This document shows, piece by piece, positions 1 through 11,959 of a stretch of 64,000 nt of DNA. The stretch is from assembly GCA_965153355.1 (NCBI GenBank), contig OZ231126.1, forward strand, positions 9,982,001-10,046,000, written 5' to 3'. This DNA is from Flaccisagitta enflata. Its lineage: Eukaryota. Within the stretch, counting starts at the first letter, position 1. Each line of letters starts with the position of its first letter. The translations under genes were made by a program, and so were the position numbers. Under the pieces are notes generated by a model. The model worked only from the letters and a program-made list of their open reading frames with translations, ran no database searches and was not told where the DNA came from.

Positions 1-104
1 TAGTTGAAGATGAATCTTGAAATCCATGATGGAAAACCTAAAGAAAAATCAGAATGCAATAAATGAGCAAGTAAAGAATTCATCAACTCCAATCCTCTAT
101 ATAA

Positions 105-852
105 ATCGCCCAAGTCCTAGTAACATATTACTACATTAATAAGCTAATATCTTATAAACCAGACTTCAGATTTAATTCGAATTTTGCAGGGGCAGTTCAA
201 TTAATATTCTTTACTTGTATACCAAATTAAAAAAAAATTCACATAACTTTGCTACCCTTTGCCTATGTAAACTGCCTAAGTCATAGTAACATATTACTAC
301 ATAAATAAGCTAATATCTCATAAACCAGACTTCAGATTTAATTCGAATTTTGCAGGGGTTATTTATTTACTACCCTCTACTTGTGTACCAAATTAAAAAA
401 AAATTCACATACCTTTACTACCCTTTGCCTATTTAAATTGCCTAAGTCCTAGTAACATACTACTACATAAATAAGCTAATATCTCATAAACCAGACTTCA
501 GATTTAATTCGAATTTTGCAGGGGTTGTTTATTTACTACCCTCTACTTGTATACCAAATTAAAAAAAAATTCATAAACTTTTACTACCCTCTACCTATGT
601 AAACCACCCAAGTCCCAGCTAAATATTACTACAAAAATAATAGGCAAAGGGTAGTAAAAGTTTATGAATTTTTCTGAAAATTGGTACACAAGCTCCCATT
701 GACATAAAAATACCACTGGTAAAGTTTCATGAACTTCTGAGGTCTGGTTCAAAAGATATGAGAAGGTTTTAAACGCCAACAACAACGACGACAGACTACA
801 CGATCAGGTCCATCACATAGTCACCGACGAAAACTGTTCGTCGGGGACAAAA
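105..852 (+). repeat. 166-bp tandem repeat (3 copies plus a partial), followed by a CAA/CGA microsatellite, hairpin and A-tract; HINE/pearl-like non-autonomous element
   Basis: TAACATA(T/C)TACTACAT recurs at 121, 287 and 453 (period 166). Hairpin CCGACGAA-aactg-TTCGTCGG at 824-844 is followed by GGACAAAAA. Confidence 0.6.
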
Positions 853-996
853 ATGGCGCAGAGGAAATGGCCTTTATATATGGGCGAGAACACAAGCAGC
901 CCCACACCGAAATTTCGACTTCTTCACATCTTTTCTCCTTGTCTGTAGAATAAAAGACCGACGCTCATCAAATACCGTCCGAGAGAAAAGAAGTAC

Positions 997-2303
997 CTTG
1001 AGATAATGTTCCAGGAGAACGGAGAAGATGCAGTCGTTGGCGGTTTGCTGTTGTTGTATTTGCAGCATTTTGGCTTGATTAGGATTGACGAGATAAAATG
1101 CGAGATGAAAGAGGAAATATTCAAAGGCGTTGAGCGTCAAGTGAGTGACGGGAGACGGCGGCTGAGGTGACATAGAACCTATTCCACCACCTGCAGAAAG
1201 GGGTGGGGGGCAATTCAACTTTTTATCGCATTCACAATTATGGTTATAGTTCTGAAAAGTCGTGAATCCAAGACTTGTTGGGAATCTTGGAAAGATGTCC
1301 CACCATGAGAACGATGTAAACTAACACAAACGATGTAAACTAGCACAAACTCAGCTAACGGCAACAAGGCCCAAGCCACCTCATACCATGGGTGCCTAAG
1401 GGAGCCTTGATCTTATTCCGGTACAATGGTGGCACGACGCCCGCTTGGATCTTCTTCCTGGCCGGCGCCGGAAGGAACGCCACGGGGAAGCTGAAAGCGA
1501 CGCCAGAATCCGTCGTCAATTTGTAGATCATCTCGAGGAAGGGGCCGCCGGCGTTGAGGAACGTCGACATGGCGGTAAAGTCGTTGGAGACGGCCAAAGA
1601 CGTGGACGCACCGGAGCGAGTGAGGGTACCCAACTCCCAGGCGGCGCCCGCGTACGTGGCGAAGATGGAATCGATCGTAACGGCCACCTAGAAAAATGAC
1701 GAGGAGGAGGCGGATGAAGAAGTACAGGCGGATGAGGAGGAAGGGGCGAATGGAGGAAGTGAAAGAGGAAAAAGTGAAAGAGGAGGAAGAAGTGAAAGAG
1801 GAGAAAGTGAAGGAAGAAGAGAAAGTAGGAACAAAAGAATGAGGAGGAAGAAGGGAAAGAAGATGAAGAAAGGGAAAGAAGAGGATAAGGAGGAAGAGGA
1901 GAAGGAAGAGAAGGAAGAGGAAGAAGCTTAAGAAGAGAAAGTAGTGTGTAAGGAGGGAGGAAAAGGAAGCAAGAAAGAAGATGACAATGAAACGACAACT
2001 TCAAATTTCAGCCATGCAAACTGTTGACAGTCCTTCTAATATATCGCCGATCTGATCAAATATTTACTGCCGTCATCTTCAATTTTTTCCATCTTCTTCA
2101 CTACTCACCAGCGAAGGGAAATCCTCTTTAGAGGAAGCCGCGGCCAAGACGCTCAACGTCGTTTCGCATCTCTGTTGAATGTTATTCAACGACAAGGCTT
2201 GTCTCAGTTTGTCCAAGTCTGTCAGGGCCACCTGTTGCTGGGGCGACTGCAGTTGCGGTTGATGAAGAGCCTGCCGCTGCGACATCGTCGCTACCGCAGC
2301 CAT
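997..2303 (-). CDS. SMPD4: Sphingomyelin phosphodiesterase 4 (neutral sphingomyelinase-3), 5' exons; gene continues left of the window
   Basis: Exons 2303-2109, 1687-1387 and 1190-997 join in frame across GT-AG introns. Peptides IDSIF..W.L..FLNAGGPFLEMIYKL..FSFPVAFLP..PPLYRNKI and LTLNAFEYFLFHLA..DCIFSVLLEHYL resemble the SMPD4 N-terminus. Confidence 0.85.
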
Positions 2304-2468
2304 TGTCTATGTTCAATAATCGTCACCTTATTTTTGGTGGAGGAATTCTGAGAAAAACACAGACAATAAATAACCAAGAAAAAGCTTGAAAGGCAAAGCT
2401 TGAAAGGCTCGAAGATCAACGACCTCGATGGATCGCACCAAGAGAGAGATAGACATAAATCCAATCGC

Positions 2469-4935
2469 TCATGAGATTGTCACTTTGGCACACTGCTTCT
2501 CCAATTCGGGGACAGAGGAAATGGAGGAGGAGGAGGAAGAGGTGACGGCTGAGTCCGTTGCTCCATTATCAAAGTGGTTGCCTTCAAAGTCACTCTTTGA
2601 TGCATCCCGCGAACTGATTCCCTCGTTTGCAGCGGCATCTTTCAATTCACCCGAGTCTGGTTTCACTAATTCCGTTTTTTCGTCTCCTTTTGCTCCAACG
2701 TCGAATGACGTTCCATTCGCGACACCAGCGCCGTAAATGATTCCACCTCCTTTCACGCCGGGATTGGAAGTTTCTACTTGACATTTGTCGACTTTGTTGG
2801 CGGCCAAATGGAAAGCGGGAACCACCCAAAACCCGCAAGGACACGGCTGACCAACCCAGTTGAAGTGACCCAATTTGGCGCTGCATTGGGGCTTAGGACA
2901 CGTTAATTGACCTGTAGAGATGAAGGATGGAACAGATGGGAAATGTTTAAAGAGGATGGGGATTCTATAATTTCCAATGATTGGAAGAAATGAAATTATA
3001 AGTACGAAATTATGAATAAATAAAATGAGTAAGAGCAAATTCTTATTCGTTGATCAATTCATGTCATTTCATGTCATGTCATTCATGTCATCCCTCTGCA
3101 TCCATATTGCCTTTTATTGCCATTCGGTCCCATGTTTTACCCGTATCTCCTGACCAGCCTTACCCTCCAAAAACAGAATCTGATCTTTCATCCATTGAAC
3201 CGGTTCGAAGAAAAGTCCCTCTTGACAAACTTGGCCAGAATCATCTTCCTCCTCTTCAACTCTGCCTTTGCCTCCGCTTCCGCCTCCTCCTCTTCCACCT
3301 TTGCCTCTCCCGCGTATGACATCCAGGGATCGATTGATGACGAGAGAGTTGGTGCCAAAGACTTTGCCTCTGCCGGGAGGATGAGGCAGTAATGAGGAAC
3401 TCGTGGCCAGAGGACGTCGACATTTCCTATGAAGGACAAGAAATCAACAGTCAAAATTCAACATGTAAAACCCACGCCCATGGCAATTTGCCATATCAAC
3501 CGGAGACAGTCCCGAAGCAACGGTGACTGAGAGTAGCATCGCAAATTATGTCTTTTGCACATACGTGTATATGCAATAAGCGTCGGTTCAGTAATTTTAA
3601 GTAACAATCTGTCAAAGGCCATGGCATGGGTTGCATCATTTACCAATTTGGCATACATCAATTGTTAAATCAAGAGGCCTAGGCTGTTTTCCTTCGTTGT
3701 GGTCCACACCTGCATCTGAAGAGCAGCTTGGGCTTATGTGACGACACCTTCGAAGATTCGTCGTCTTTGTTGCCGGCAGCGGCGTTGACGAGGGCGGGAT
3801 CGAGCGCCAGCGCGCGATCCATGGCGGCCCCATTGAGTTCGGAATCGTCTTTAAAGGCTTTGATTTGTTTGCGGCCGAAACTGGCTTGTCTGACTTTAGC
3901 CGTGAGTTTGTCCAAAGCAAACGCGCGATAATCGGGATGAGACTGAACAATCCGGTTGCCCATCTTCTCATATAATCTCAATTGATGCAGGAAACCGGGA
4001 TTGGGACCGATGTTGCGCAACTGAGATACAATTTGGCAAAGGAGATGAAAAAGTTATGCATAATTACTTATAGTAGGCCTAAATGATGATAACACGTTTG
4101 CCGCTGAGACCTAGTCAAGGCCAATTCAATTTGAACACGGGTAGGCAGGAGGCAGAGGAAAAGATAAGGCGGCGGCAGTGGAGCAAAATATCGCTTGCAA
4201 CATTCCAAAATTGTAAAAGATCACCAAAGGGCGACTTAAAATTACATACAGTGCGCCGAGATTTTATTTCCTGCTCAGCGCTGACTTTCCACACGTCTTC
4301 CAACCTATGCACACCTTCATGACATTTTCGGTGGCATCTTTGAGGCTGAGCCCTTCTTTGCGCATCAGATAACTGAGTACGATGGTGGAGCTTCTCGAGT
4401 ACCCCATGAAGCAGTGGACGAGCACGCCACCGTTGTCATCCCCGCGGGCAGATTCGATAAAGTGGAAACAGTCGTCGAAATGATGGAGGAGATCCTCCTC
4501 CGCAGAATCCTCGGCGTCGACAAAGTGTACAGTGAATCCCGCGCGATGTTGCTAAATGGAATTGTATAGATCAGTTGTCAGTACATGTTAATCTTGCCCT
4601 TACGAATGATGATGGAATGACCTGTAAATGATGCAAATGATGCATACTGCTCGTTGATCTCAATAAAAATTCAGGATGTGAGCCTTGCCCCATTTATGGA
4701 GAGATGACCATTGCCAGAATGCCGCTTAGTAAGTGGTTTGTGCTGTAAATTGACATTTCATGATTTCAGATCAAACACTGTTTCAATCCGAATAATTACT
4801 AGGTGACCTTACCTCTCTCAGAGCGGAGCATTCCACGGTAAGGATGTGAGTAGTCCCTTGAGCTTTCAGCCTTATCTCGTCGTAGGCGTCTTCCACTCCG
4901 CCTAACCATAGTTTTTCCCGGATAAAAGACCCCAT
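2469..4935 (-). CDS. DUSP12: Dual-specificity phosphatase 12 (YVH1-like) with C-terminal zinc-binding domain
   Basis: Five exons (4935-4813, 4551-4315, 4020-3710, 3426-3164, 2911-2469) splice in frame. Catalytic VLVHCFMGYSRS, IGPNPGFLHQL, FRCRKCRR, FFEPVQWM and GQLTCPK..CSAKLGHFNWVGQPCPCG..VPAFHL are present. Confidence 0.92.
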
Positions 4936-5629
4936 TCCAACCAGAGTCCTTTTTCCTTTCAAATTTTACCCTCGAGAACGAGGGTGATCATCGCAAACGA
5001 ATTGATTACAAGAATTATGAAGAATACGTGCAAAAGTGATCAAATTATCACCTCAATTGACGGTTCAAAGCACTGGGTTTTTTCACTGTGCCATCGCGTG
5101 TTAGGTAAGTGTCGGCTGTCAAGTGGAAGGGTCGTGCATCCTGTAAAATAACTGTGAACAACTGCCAAAAAAGAGGTAAAATTGGACGAGCTCTGTGTGA
5201 CAATTGGAGAGCAATATGAAGAATTCAAAAACAATTTACTACCTAGGAAATAAGCTTATTCATAAATTGAGACAAACAAATGTGACTAGATTAAAATTCA
5301 AAAATCAACAAAAATCGTGCTGAACTAAGGACTGAAAAAAGTGGGTGACCCATTCTATCTCAGGTGACCCATTTTACCCTTCCACCTCCAACTTGTTGAG
5401 AAGAAAATCAAACTTATCTCACCAGCACACTTAGACTATTTGCTACAAGTGGAATGGTAACCTAGCAAAAGAAATCTCATTTTTACGTGTTCCTTATTAG
5501 GAGAGATAAACTTTTCCCTAGGTAGAAAAGCCATGCAGTAGGAGTCTGGATTGTTCATTAACTCATCCACAAAAGCCTTAAAAGCCAGAATAAACACAAA
5601 GGAATGTAAGAGTTAAGGCAAGGGTTGTA

Positions 5630-6024
5630 CTATACGAATTAAAAAAAGACTCCCTTATGAATGGTTGATTTCACTATTGAAAATCAAACTAATCAAACCA
5701 TTTTGAAGCCCTTGAAAACCTATTTCATTTAGCGCCAATCTGGTATCTCTATCTTTTTTGTTTGGAAATGACATTAGTTTGCGTAAAAACATTGCCAAAT
5801 TTGTTTTTGCAGACCCTTTGAAAACAATGCAATTTAGCAAAATGGTGTCTCATTTTAGAGAGTTCTAGCTCCTAAACCGTTAGAGCAACAGATCTGGGAT
5901 TGCTCTAGAGTGAAAGATATTTTGAAAATCTTCAAAATCATTTTCTCCAATAAATTTTTCAAACACTTTTTAAATCAGTTTTGTCAACAAATAAAAGGGT
6001 GCGTCTTTTTTTTAATTCGCGTAG
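5630..6024. mobile_element. ~395-bp MITE with TA target duplication (Tc1/mariner-type ends)
   Basis: TA|CTATACGAATTAAAAAAAGAC ... GTCTTTTTTTTAATTCGCGTAG|TA. A homologous copy lies at 53458-53868 and an inverted fragment at ~52660-52900. Confidence 0.65.
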
Positions 6025-6248
6025 TAGTCATGCAATGCAAAGCCCGGGGACCAATGATCAGGATACGGTACTCGTAATGACCAAAAAAGATCTAACTAAT
6101 GAATACGTCCATACATCCCCAAGTGCAAAAATATCTTTTGGGAAAAAGTCCCAAAATCGAAAATATCACAACAGACAGTTTTTGTGGTTAGTCGGTCTAT
6201 AATGAGGTCGGTCAGACGGGCGTCCGTTTGGGGCCCATATTCTCCTTT

Positions 6249-9200
6249 TCAGTTTGATCCTTTTTGTTCTAACAACTTTTTGACCATGGGACATGTCTCA
6301 TGTTCCATAATGGCTTGAAGATCTTTTCTCAAATGAATTCGTCCATAGGGCAATTGGATTTTTTCGTCGCTGATTAGAGCGTCCTCCTCGGCGACCATGT
6401 CCTCCCCTTCCTTGGCATAATTGAGGGCCAAATTTGTGAACGAAGTCCCTCCCTCATCACTCCCATCTGCTTGAACGGCATACACTTTTGACATTCCATT
6501 TTCGGCGCTTGCTCTCAAGTTTTCGATGGATTTAGCCAGATATTGATAATAGATGGCGATGCCGTGCCAGACCTCGTATTTGAGCGCGCAAGGCCGACAT
6601 TGCCGCATCAAGCGAGCCATTTCCAGGAACTCCCTCTCCATGCCTTTCATGTTTTCCACGCCTGAGGCGATGTAGAGCGCGCAGGCTAATTTGTTCTTCA
6701 ACAAACGGACGCGGCTCTGTTCTTGATCGATGTTGAGCGTTTTCATCATGGTCACGGCGGTATCGTAATGCGGAATGGCCTCACGACGACTTTCGTCGGT
6801 GTTGCCCTTGAAACAGACGTCGGCCAACCCTTTAGTCACTTCCATCGTAATAGGATGTATACCCCAGGTTTTGTCAGCGTCCCGAAGCGACAACGTCAGC
6901 TGATCCTTCCCCTCCTGGATTTGGGCTTTATTTTTCACTTTGGTATGTTGAATACCGACACTCATACGGGCGTAATGAGTGAGGAACTGCTGGGTGCGTC
7001 TATCGGCAGCACCCGAGACGCTGATCTGCTCGTCGTCTTCCAGCATTTCCATAGATTCCTCCAAAAACGCGGTGGCTTCCCTCTGCTGTCTCTTGTTGTT
7101 GAATCTGGTTCTGGCTAAGTAAAACCCTCGCGCATAGTGAAAATGCGCTTGCGCCAAAGGCGACGCGAACTCGATCTCATCTACCAGACCCTCGATCCAT
7201 CGATCCACCACCTCGTCCGTGGTAAACTCGGAAAACCAGATTTTGAGAGATTTGATGATGACTTTGAGATCGATTTCCCTCCGATCGGCGGCGTCGATGG
7301 CGGCGGCGCTGGAGGCGGTAGCCTCGATGGCAGTGGCCTCGATGGATAAGGCTCCAATGGCAAGGGCATCTTCCGAAGAGGTCAATTCCAACAGCGTATC
7401 GAGAAAGTCGACCAAGTATAGATCGAACAAGGCCAAGGACAATACGTGATGGAGGAAACTGACGACAATGGAGAGATGATCCAAGATACCGCTTTCTTGC
7501 AACGCGCGTCGACATTCTTCCCGATGAGATCGACGATGCTCGCAAACCAACTTCAAGGCATTCTCGTAGTGGTTTAGATCGGCCATAAACTTGGATCGTG
7601 ACGTGCAAAACTGATTCTTCTGAAACGATTCCATGGCAACGAGAACGAGATTCTTGAAAATTTCCCGGAGAAAGGTAAAGCAAAACTTTTTGTGACCTTC
7701 CATCAAACGACAATATTCTCGCAAGAAAGGATGAAGGAAATATCTGACATGGGAATTTTGATTCCCGTCCTCGTATCGGCCTCGGATGGCGTCGTTGATT
7801 CGGCCAATCAAAGACTTCTTCCACAGGATGGACAGTAAGGAATCGCTGGGGAATATCTGCCTTGCTATGGCGTCGGAGAAGGGGGCGGAAAAGACAGACA
7901 TGGCCAACATGAACTGCGTCTCTACCGGCGCCAGCTTTTCAAAGGAAGACTCAATGATGCCTTTGAGGACATTCTCATGCAACGCGAAGATGCCTTTGCT
8001 CGAATCACCCAACCTCTTCAACTCATCATCGGCAACGGCGTCGTTGATGGTGGAAATGCAAAGTTTGAGCCCCAGTGGATTACCCTGACACTTTTCCGAA
8101 ATGGCCAACAATCGCTGACGGAGCTCCTCTTGTGGGAATCTGTGTTTGACCTCGTCGCTGATAAATCGATCCAAGAAACTCAGAGATTCATCATTTTGAA
8201 ATGTGGATAACTCGATCTTCCGCGGCGGCTTCATGACGGCGAACATGTGGTCGCAAATGGTCGAGTCTCTGGCAGTTAGCAACACGTGGACATTTTGATT
8301 CTGGCCTTCCACCATGGTTTTGACGATGGCGCAGAAACACTGACGAGACCGTTGGTCGTTCATGGTCTCCACGTTGTCGCAAATGAAAAGCGCCCTTTGG
8401 TTCCGATCGATTCTTTGACAGAACCTCTTGAGAGCCTGTTGTGGATTATCGTGATTCTGATCGTCAATTTCCGACAATATGGTATTAGCGATGAGGGTTT
8501 TGATCTTGCCTTCCTTCAGTTCTTTGGCCATTCCTTCATCGAATATACTCTCAAAGGAGATGAAAAAGGCGTAGTCCACAACGCATTTCTCTTGCCGATC
8601 CGCCGTGTCAGCTATCGGACTGGTAAGCGCCTTTTCTCCGATATGTGTGGCCAAAGTGGACTTGCCATTACCCGGGCCGCCGAATATGCAAAAGACCTGG
8701 AAGCGAGCTTTGGCGATGTCATCCAAAACGGAGTCGGTGACATCATTTTGACGTGGAACGTAATCACTGCCAAAATATGGGATGTTGGAATTCAGTGACC
8801 TGGGCGCATCCATGGAGTTGGGACCCGCGGAATGGGGATCATTGTCGGAATGGCGTCGATGTGCGGGGTTGGAATCTGAATAACGAACATCCGACTCGAC
8901 AATGATAGGACCAGAACCATAGTGGTGTATTATGGTAGGCGAACGCGAAGGTGGAGGCATCGTCTGGGTAGAGCAATTCAGATGAAGAGGATCGCTTGAG
9001 CTAATGCCATCTAATTCTCGCCTGGGTCTCAACGCTGGATTACCAGGAATGCTTGGATCATTTCTTGATCCAGTTTGGCTACTCTCTAAATAATTGTGGC
9101 GACTCCAGGCCGAGGTCTGACGGGGATCCAAAAGGTCTGACGGCGGTCGCAAAGTCGCCAGTTGATGTTTGATGGTCACTCCATGATGGTGAGATGAGGT

Positions 9201-9767
9201 CGCACCCGCGCCACTATGGCTTCTCACATGGGAGGGTGGCACCGTCAATGGATGATTTGGCACGAAAGGTGAACTGGAACGGGATGAATCGAGACTCCGT
9301 GAGGCTAACAAAGGATCGTAGTTTCCCGTTAACAGCTTTTGAGATTCCGATGGGCCAGTGTATGACATGCTCAGCTGCTGTTCTTGTTCATTTGGATCAC
9401 TGTACACAGAGGTGTAAGCATGTGAATGCGAATGATTGCTCAATTGCCCATCGATTGGCTGCCCTTTAAATGCTGCGTAGTTACCAGCTGTATTCCCTGC
9501 TGGTGATTCATGATACTGTGAAGAACCGATTGGTAGACCCTGACTCTGACCAAAAGGCGCACTTGAGCGGTTTTGGGACGATGAGGCTGAATGAGAAATG
9601 GAAGCTTTGTCTTGACTAGACATCCCGTTTGTAGCATGAAGACGAGAGTTAAAAGGATCCGAGTCATAATCATCTCCTCTTGCGATATGAGAGTTCAAAG
9701 AGACGTCGGGGTACTCATCATCCGCTTGGGCAAAAAGATTCTGATCACTTTCTGAGTCTTCCTCCAT
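6249..9767 (-). CDS. Intronless STAND (NB-ARC/AP-ATPase-like) NTPase with TPR-like C-terminus and disordered N-terminus
   Basis: Single ORF with first ATG at 9767. Motifs: Walker A IFGGPGNGKST, Walker B LFICDNVE, VLLTAR (sensor 1), CQGNPLGL (GxP) and FLHPFLREY (MHD-like). The helical C-terminus has HPITMEV..GLA and AIPHYDTAV TPR-like segments. Confidence 0.8.
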   Translation of the reverse strand: MEEDSESDQNLFAQADDEYPDVSLNSHIARGDDYDSDPFNSRLHATNGMSSQDKASISHSASSSQNRSSAPFGQSQGLPIGSSQYHESPAGNTAGNYAAFKGQPIDGQLSNHSHSHAYTSVYSDPNEQEQQLSMSYTGPSESQKLLTGNYDPLLASRSLDSSRSSSPFVPNHPLTVPPSHVRSHSGAGATSSHHHGVTIKHQLATLRPPSDLLDPRQTSAWSRHNYLESSQTGSRNDPSIPGNPALRPRRELDGISSSDPLHLNCSTQTMPPPSRSPTIIHHYGSGPIIVESDVRYSDSNPAHRRHSDNDPHSAGPNSMDAPRSLNSNIPYFGSDYVPRQNDVTDSVLDDIAKARFQVFCIFGGPGNGKSTLATHIGEKALTSPIADTADRQEKCVVDYAFFISFESIFDEGMAKELKEGKIKTLIANTILSEIDDQNHDNPQQALKRFCQRIDRNQRALFICDNVETMNDQRSRQCFCAIVKTMVEGQNQNVHVLLTARDSTICDHMFAVMKPPRKIELSTFQNDESLSFLDRFISDEVKHRFPQEELRQRLLAISEKCQGNPLGLKLCISTINDAVADDELKRLGDSSKGIFALHENVLKGIIESSFEKLAPVETQFMLAMSVFSAPFSDAIARQIFPSDSLLSILWKKSLIGRINDAIRGRYEDGNQNSHVRYFLHPFLREYCRLMEGHKKFCFTFLREIFKNLVLVAMESFQKNQFCTSRSKFMADLNHYENALKLVCEHRRSHREECRRALQESGILDHLSIVVSFLHHVLSLALFDLYLVDFLDTLLELTSSEDALAIGALSIEATAIEATASSAAAIDAADRREIDLKVIIKSLKIWFSEFTTDEVVDRWIEGLVDEIEFASPLAQAHFHYARGFYLARTRFNNKRQQREATAFLEESMEMLEDDEQISVSGAADRRTQQFLTHYARMSVGIQHTKVKNKAQIQEGKDQLTLSLRDADKTWGIHPITMEVTKGLADVCFKGNTDESRREAIPHYDTAVTMMKTLNIDQEQSRVRLLKNKLACALYIASGVENMKGMEREFLEMARLMRQCRPCALKYEVWHGIAIYYQYLAKSIENLRASAENGMSKVYAVQADGSDEGGTSFTNLALNYAKEGEDMVAEEDALISDEKIQLPYGRIHLRKDLQAIMEHETCPMVKKLLEQKGSN

Positions 9768-10395
9768 GATTTTAATACCGAGAGACAAAGATCCAACAGC
9801 TTCGCCGCGAGTAACGGATGGCTTCGGGCAACTACACGTCAACACACGATCTGTAAATGTCTGTCGATTCCTGCAATCCCAACATCAACGATCCAGATGA
9901 CAGTTCACAGTTTGATGTGAAAGGTATTAAGAGGTATCCAATTCTGAAATGCAGATGGTGGGGGACAGCTAAAATAACTTAAATTGAAACGCCTGAAATT
10001 ACCTTCTGGCGAACCATTTTCAATCATACAAGTTAAGCTAACATTTGACCATCACTCCTGCACTCCACACGCAGTCAACGATTGTTTACAACTCACTTAG
10101 GCCTACCCAGTTAAGGTGGCCTCTCGAGGATCCAGCAAAATTTACCTCGTCAATTTAAGTAGTTTAATGTGTTTCTGGAAGATATAAAGATAACAAAAAC
10201 GAATAGAAGGAAAAGGTTTGAGCGAAACAAAACAACTGGTAAACTCAATTCTCTGAGCAAGAAAGTCAGTAGAGATCAACAACAAATTATCAGAACGGCG
10301 AAAAAGAAACTTGGATAACCAATTTACCATGGCTAATTTTGTTTGAGGCCTAGTCATTTGACCACTGAGATAATCACTAACATTCACTGTATAGA

Positions 10396-11878
10396 TCATA
10401 GAGATTCGACCTCGTTCAACATGTATTTCAAAATAGTTTCGTGTCCCTGAAACGTAAAATCGCCTTTAAAGAGTTTATTTTGGAAGAAAAGCGGAAACCA
10501 GAGTCGATCATCCTTCCACATTTGATCAAAGGGAATTTGGTCCTTGGGGAACCAACAAGGCCGCATCTCGTCAGACTCGGCGATTTGGCCCCGGAAGGAA
10601 TCGGCGGTGAAAACATGGACTTCCAAAGTCGGAGGATCGTCGACGAAATGAAAGAAAAGACGACCCGCGGAATGTAAATCAGCGTCGGACACCTGGATGG
10701 GGGGCGGAGGGGGGGAAGAGAAAGATGTATGAAAGGAAGGAGAGAGTTAGAAAGAAATTCCGATAAAGGAGATGAGGAGGCAGTGAATGAGGAAAGGGAT
10801 AAGAAAGTTTGGAGGAAATGATGATCGAGGAGGAAGAGAGTTGGTGTATGGACAGATTATATGGGAGGAGGAGAGGGAAGATGAGAGAAAGTTGTGGGAG
10901 GATGCCGGGAGAGGAGAGGGGAGAAGGGGGAGGGGATGGTAAAGTTGGGCATCCGTGTCCCGACGCATCAAAGAATTAGGAAACAGCCTGTAATTTTTAC
11001 TGCTCCTGCCCAACCGTCTGTTGTGTCTCGATTATCAATCTATACCCATTGACTTATGCGTTATATGATTAGATGATTCTCATTGATTGTTATATGATTT
11101 GTTCATATTATCGCTTCTTTATTCTCACCAGTGATGGCCCGTTTTTAACATACATACTATTGTTTTTATCTCAACCATTTCCAGTGCCAGTGACAAACTC
11201 GAATATCACACTGGCGCAGTTGACAGTTGAATGGTTGCACGGGCAAAACAATGGCCACAGGCGGGACTTTGCCTCCTTATCCAACGTTCGATCCAGATGA
11301 AGAAATTTCGTCTCTTCCGCAAAAGTGGGAGGAGTGGTCGGAAGGTCTCGAAGACCTTATGTCGGCGTGCAGCGGCGTATCTGAGCCAAGATTTTAGCAG
11401 CTGCCGCCTCCAATCTATGTCCGACAAAGCTCCTGTCCGACCTATACTATAAAAAATTATTACTATATACAACTGTATTTCTATTCAAAACTGTACATAA
11501 ATATCTATTACTATATAGATGTAACTAAACATGACCATACATAAATTATTACAACAGTGTGTATTGTGTAACTACTTAGTACAACATTTGTCTAAATAAG
11601 TTCATAGAATTCTAATCACACTTGGAGCAACAACTGCATTTTACTTTTAAAGTGTCATTTGGGGGTAAGCTGAAATTGTTTTCCGTTGGACATTTTAGCA
11701 GAAATACTTTCAGCGGGAATCAAAATTTAAAGAAATAACAATGGTAAAATGATACAGAGGGATTCCATCAGAGTGAAAAGCGCAGACTATGGCATAGCAT
11801 GAATAATCACATGATCTATAGAGCCCATTATTATATACTACCGAAAAACACAAGTTTCGATTTCTAAATACCGCTCTG

Positions 11879-11959
<81 letters not shown>

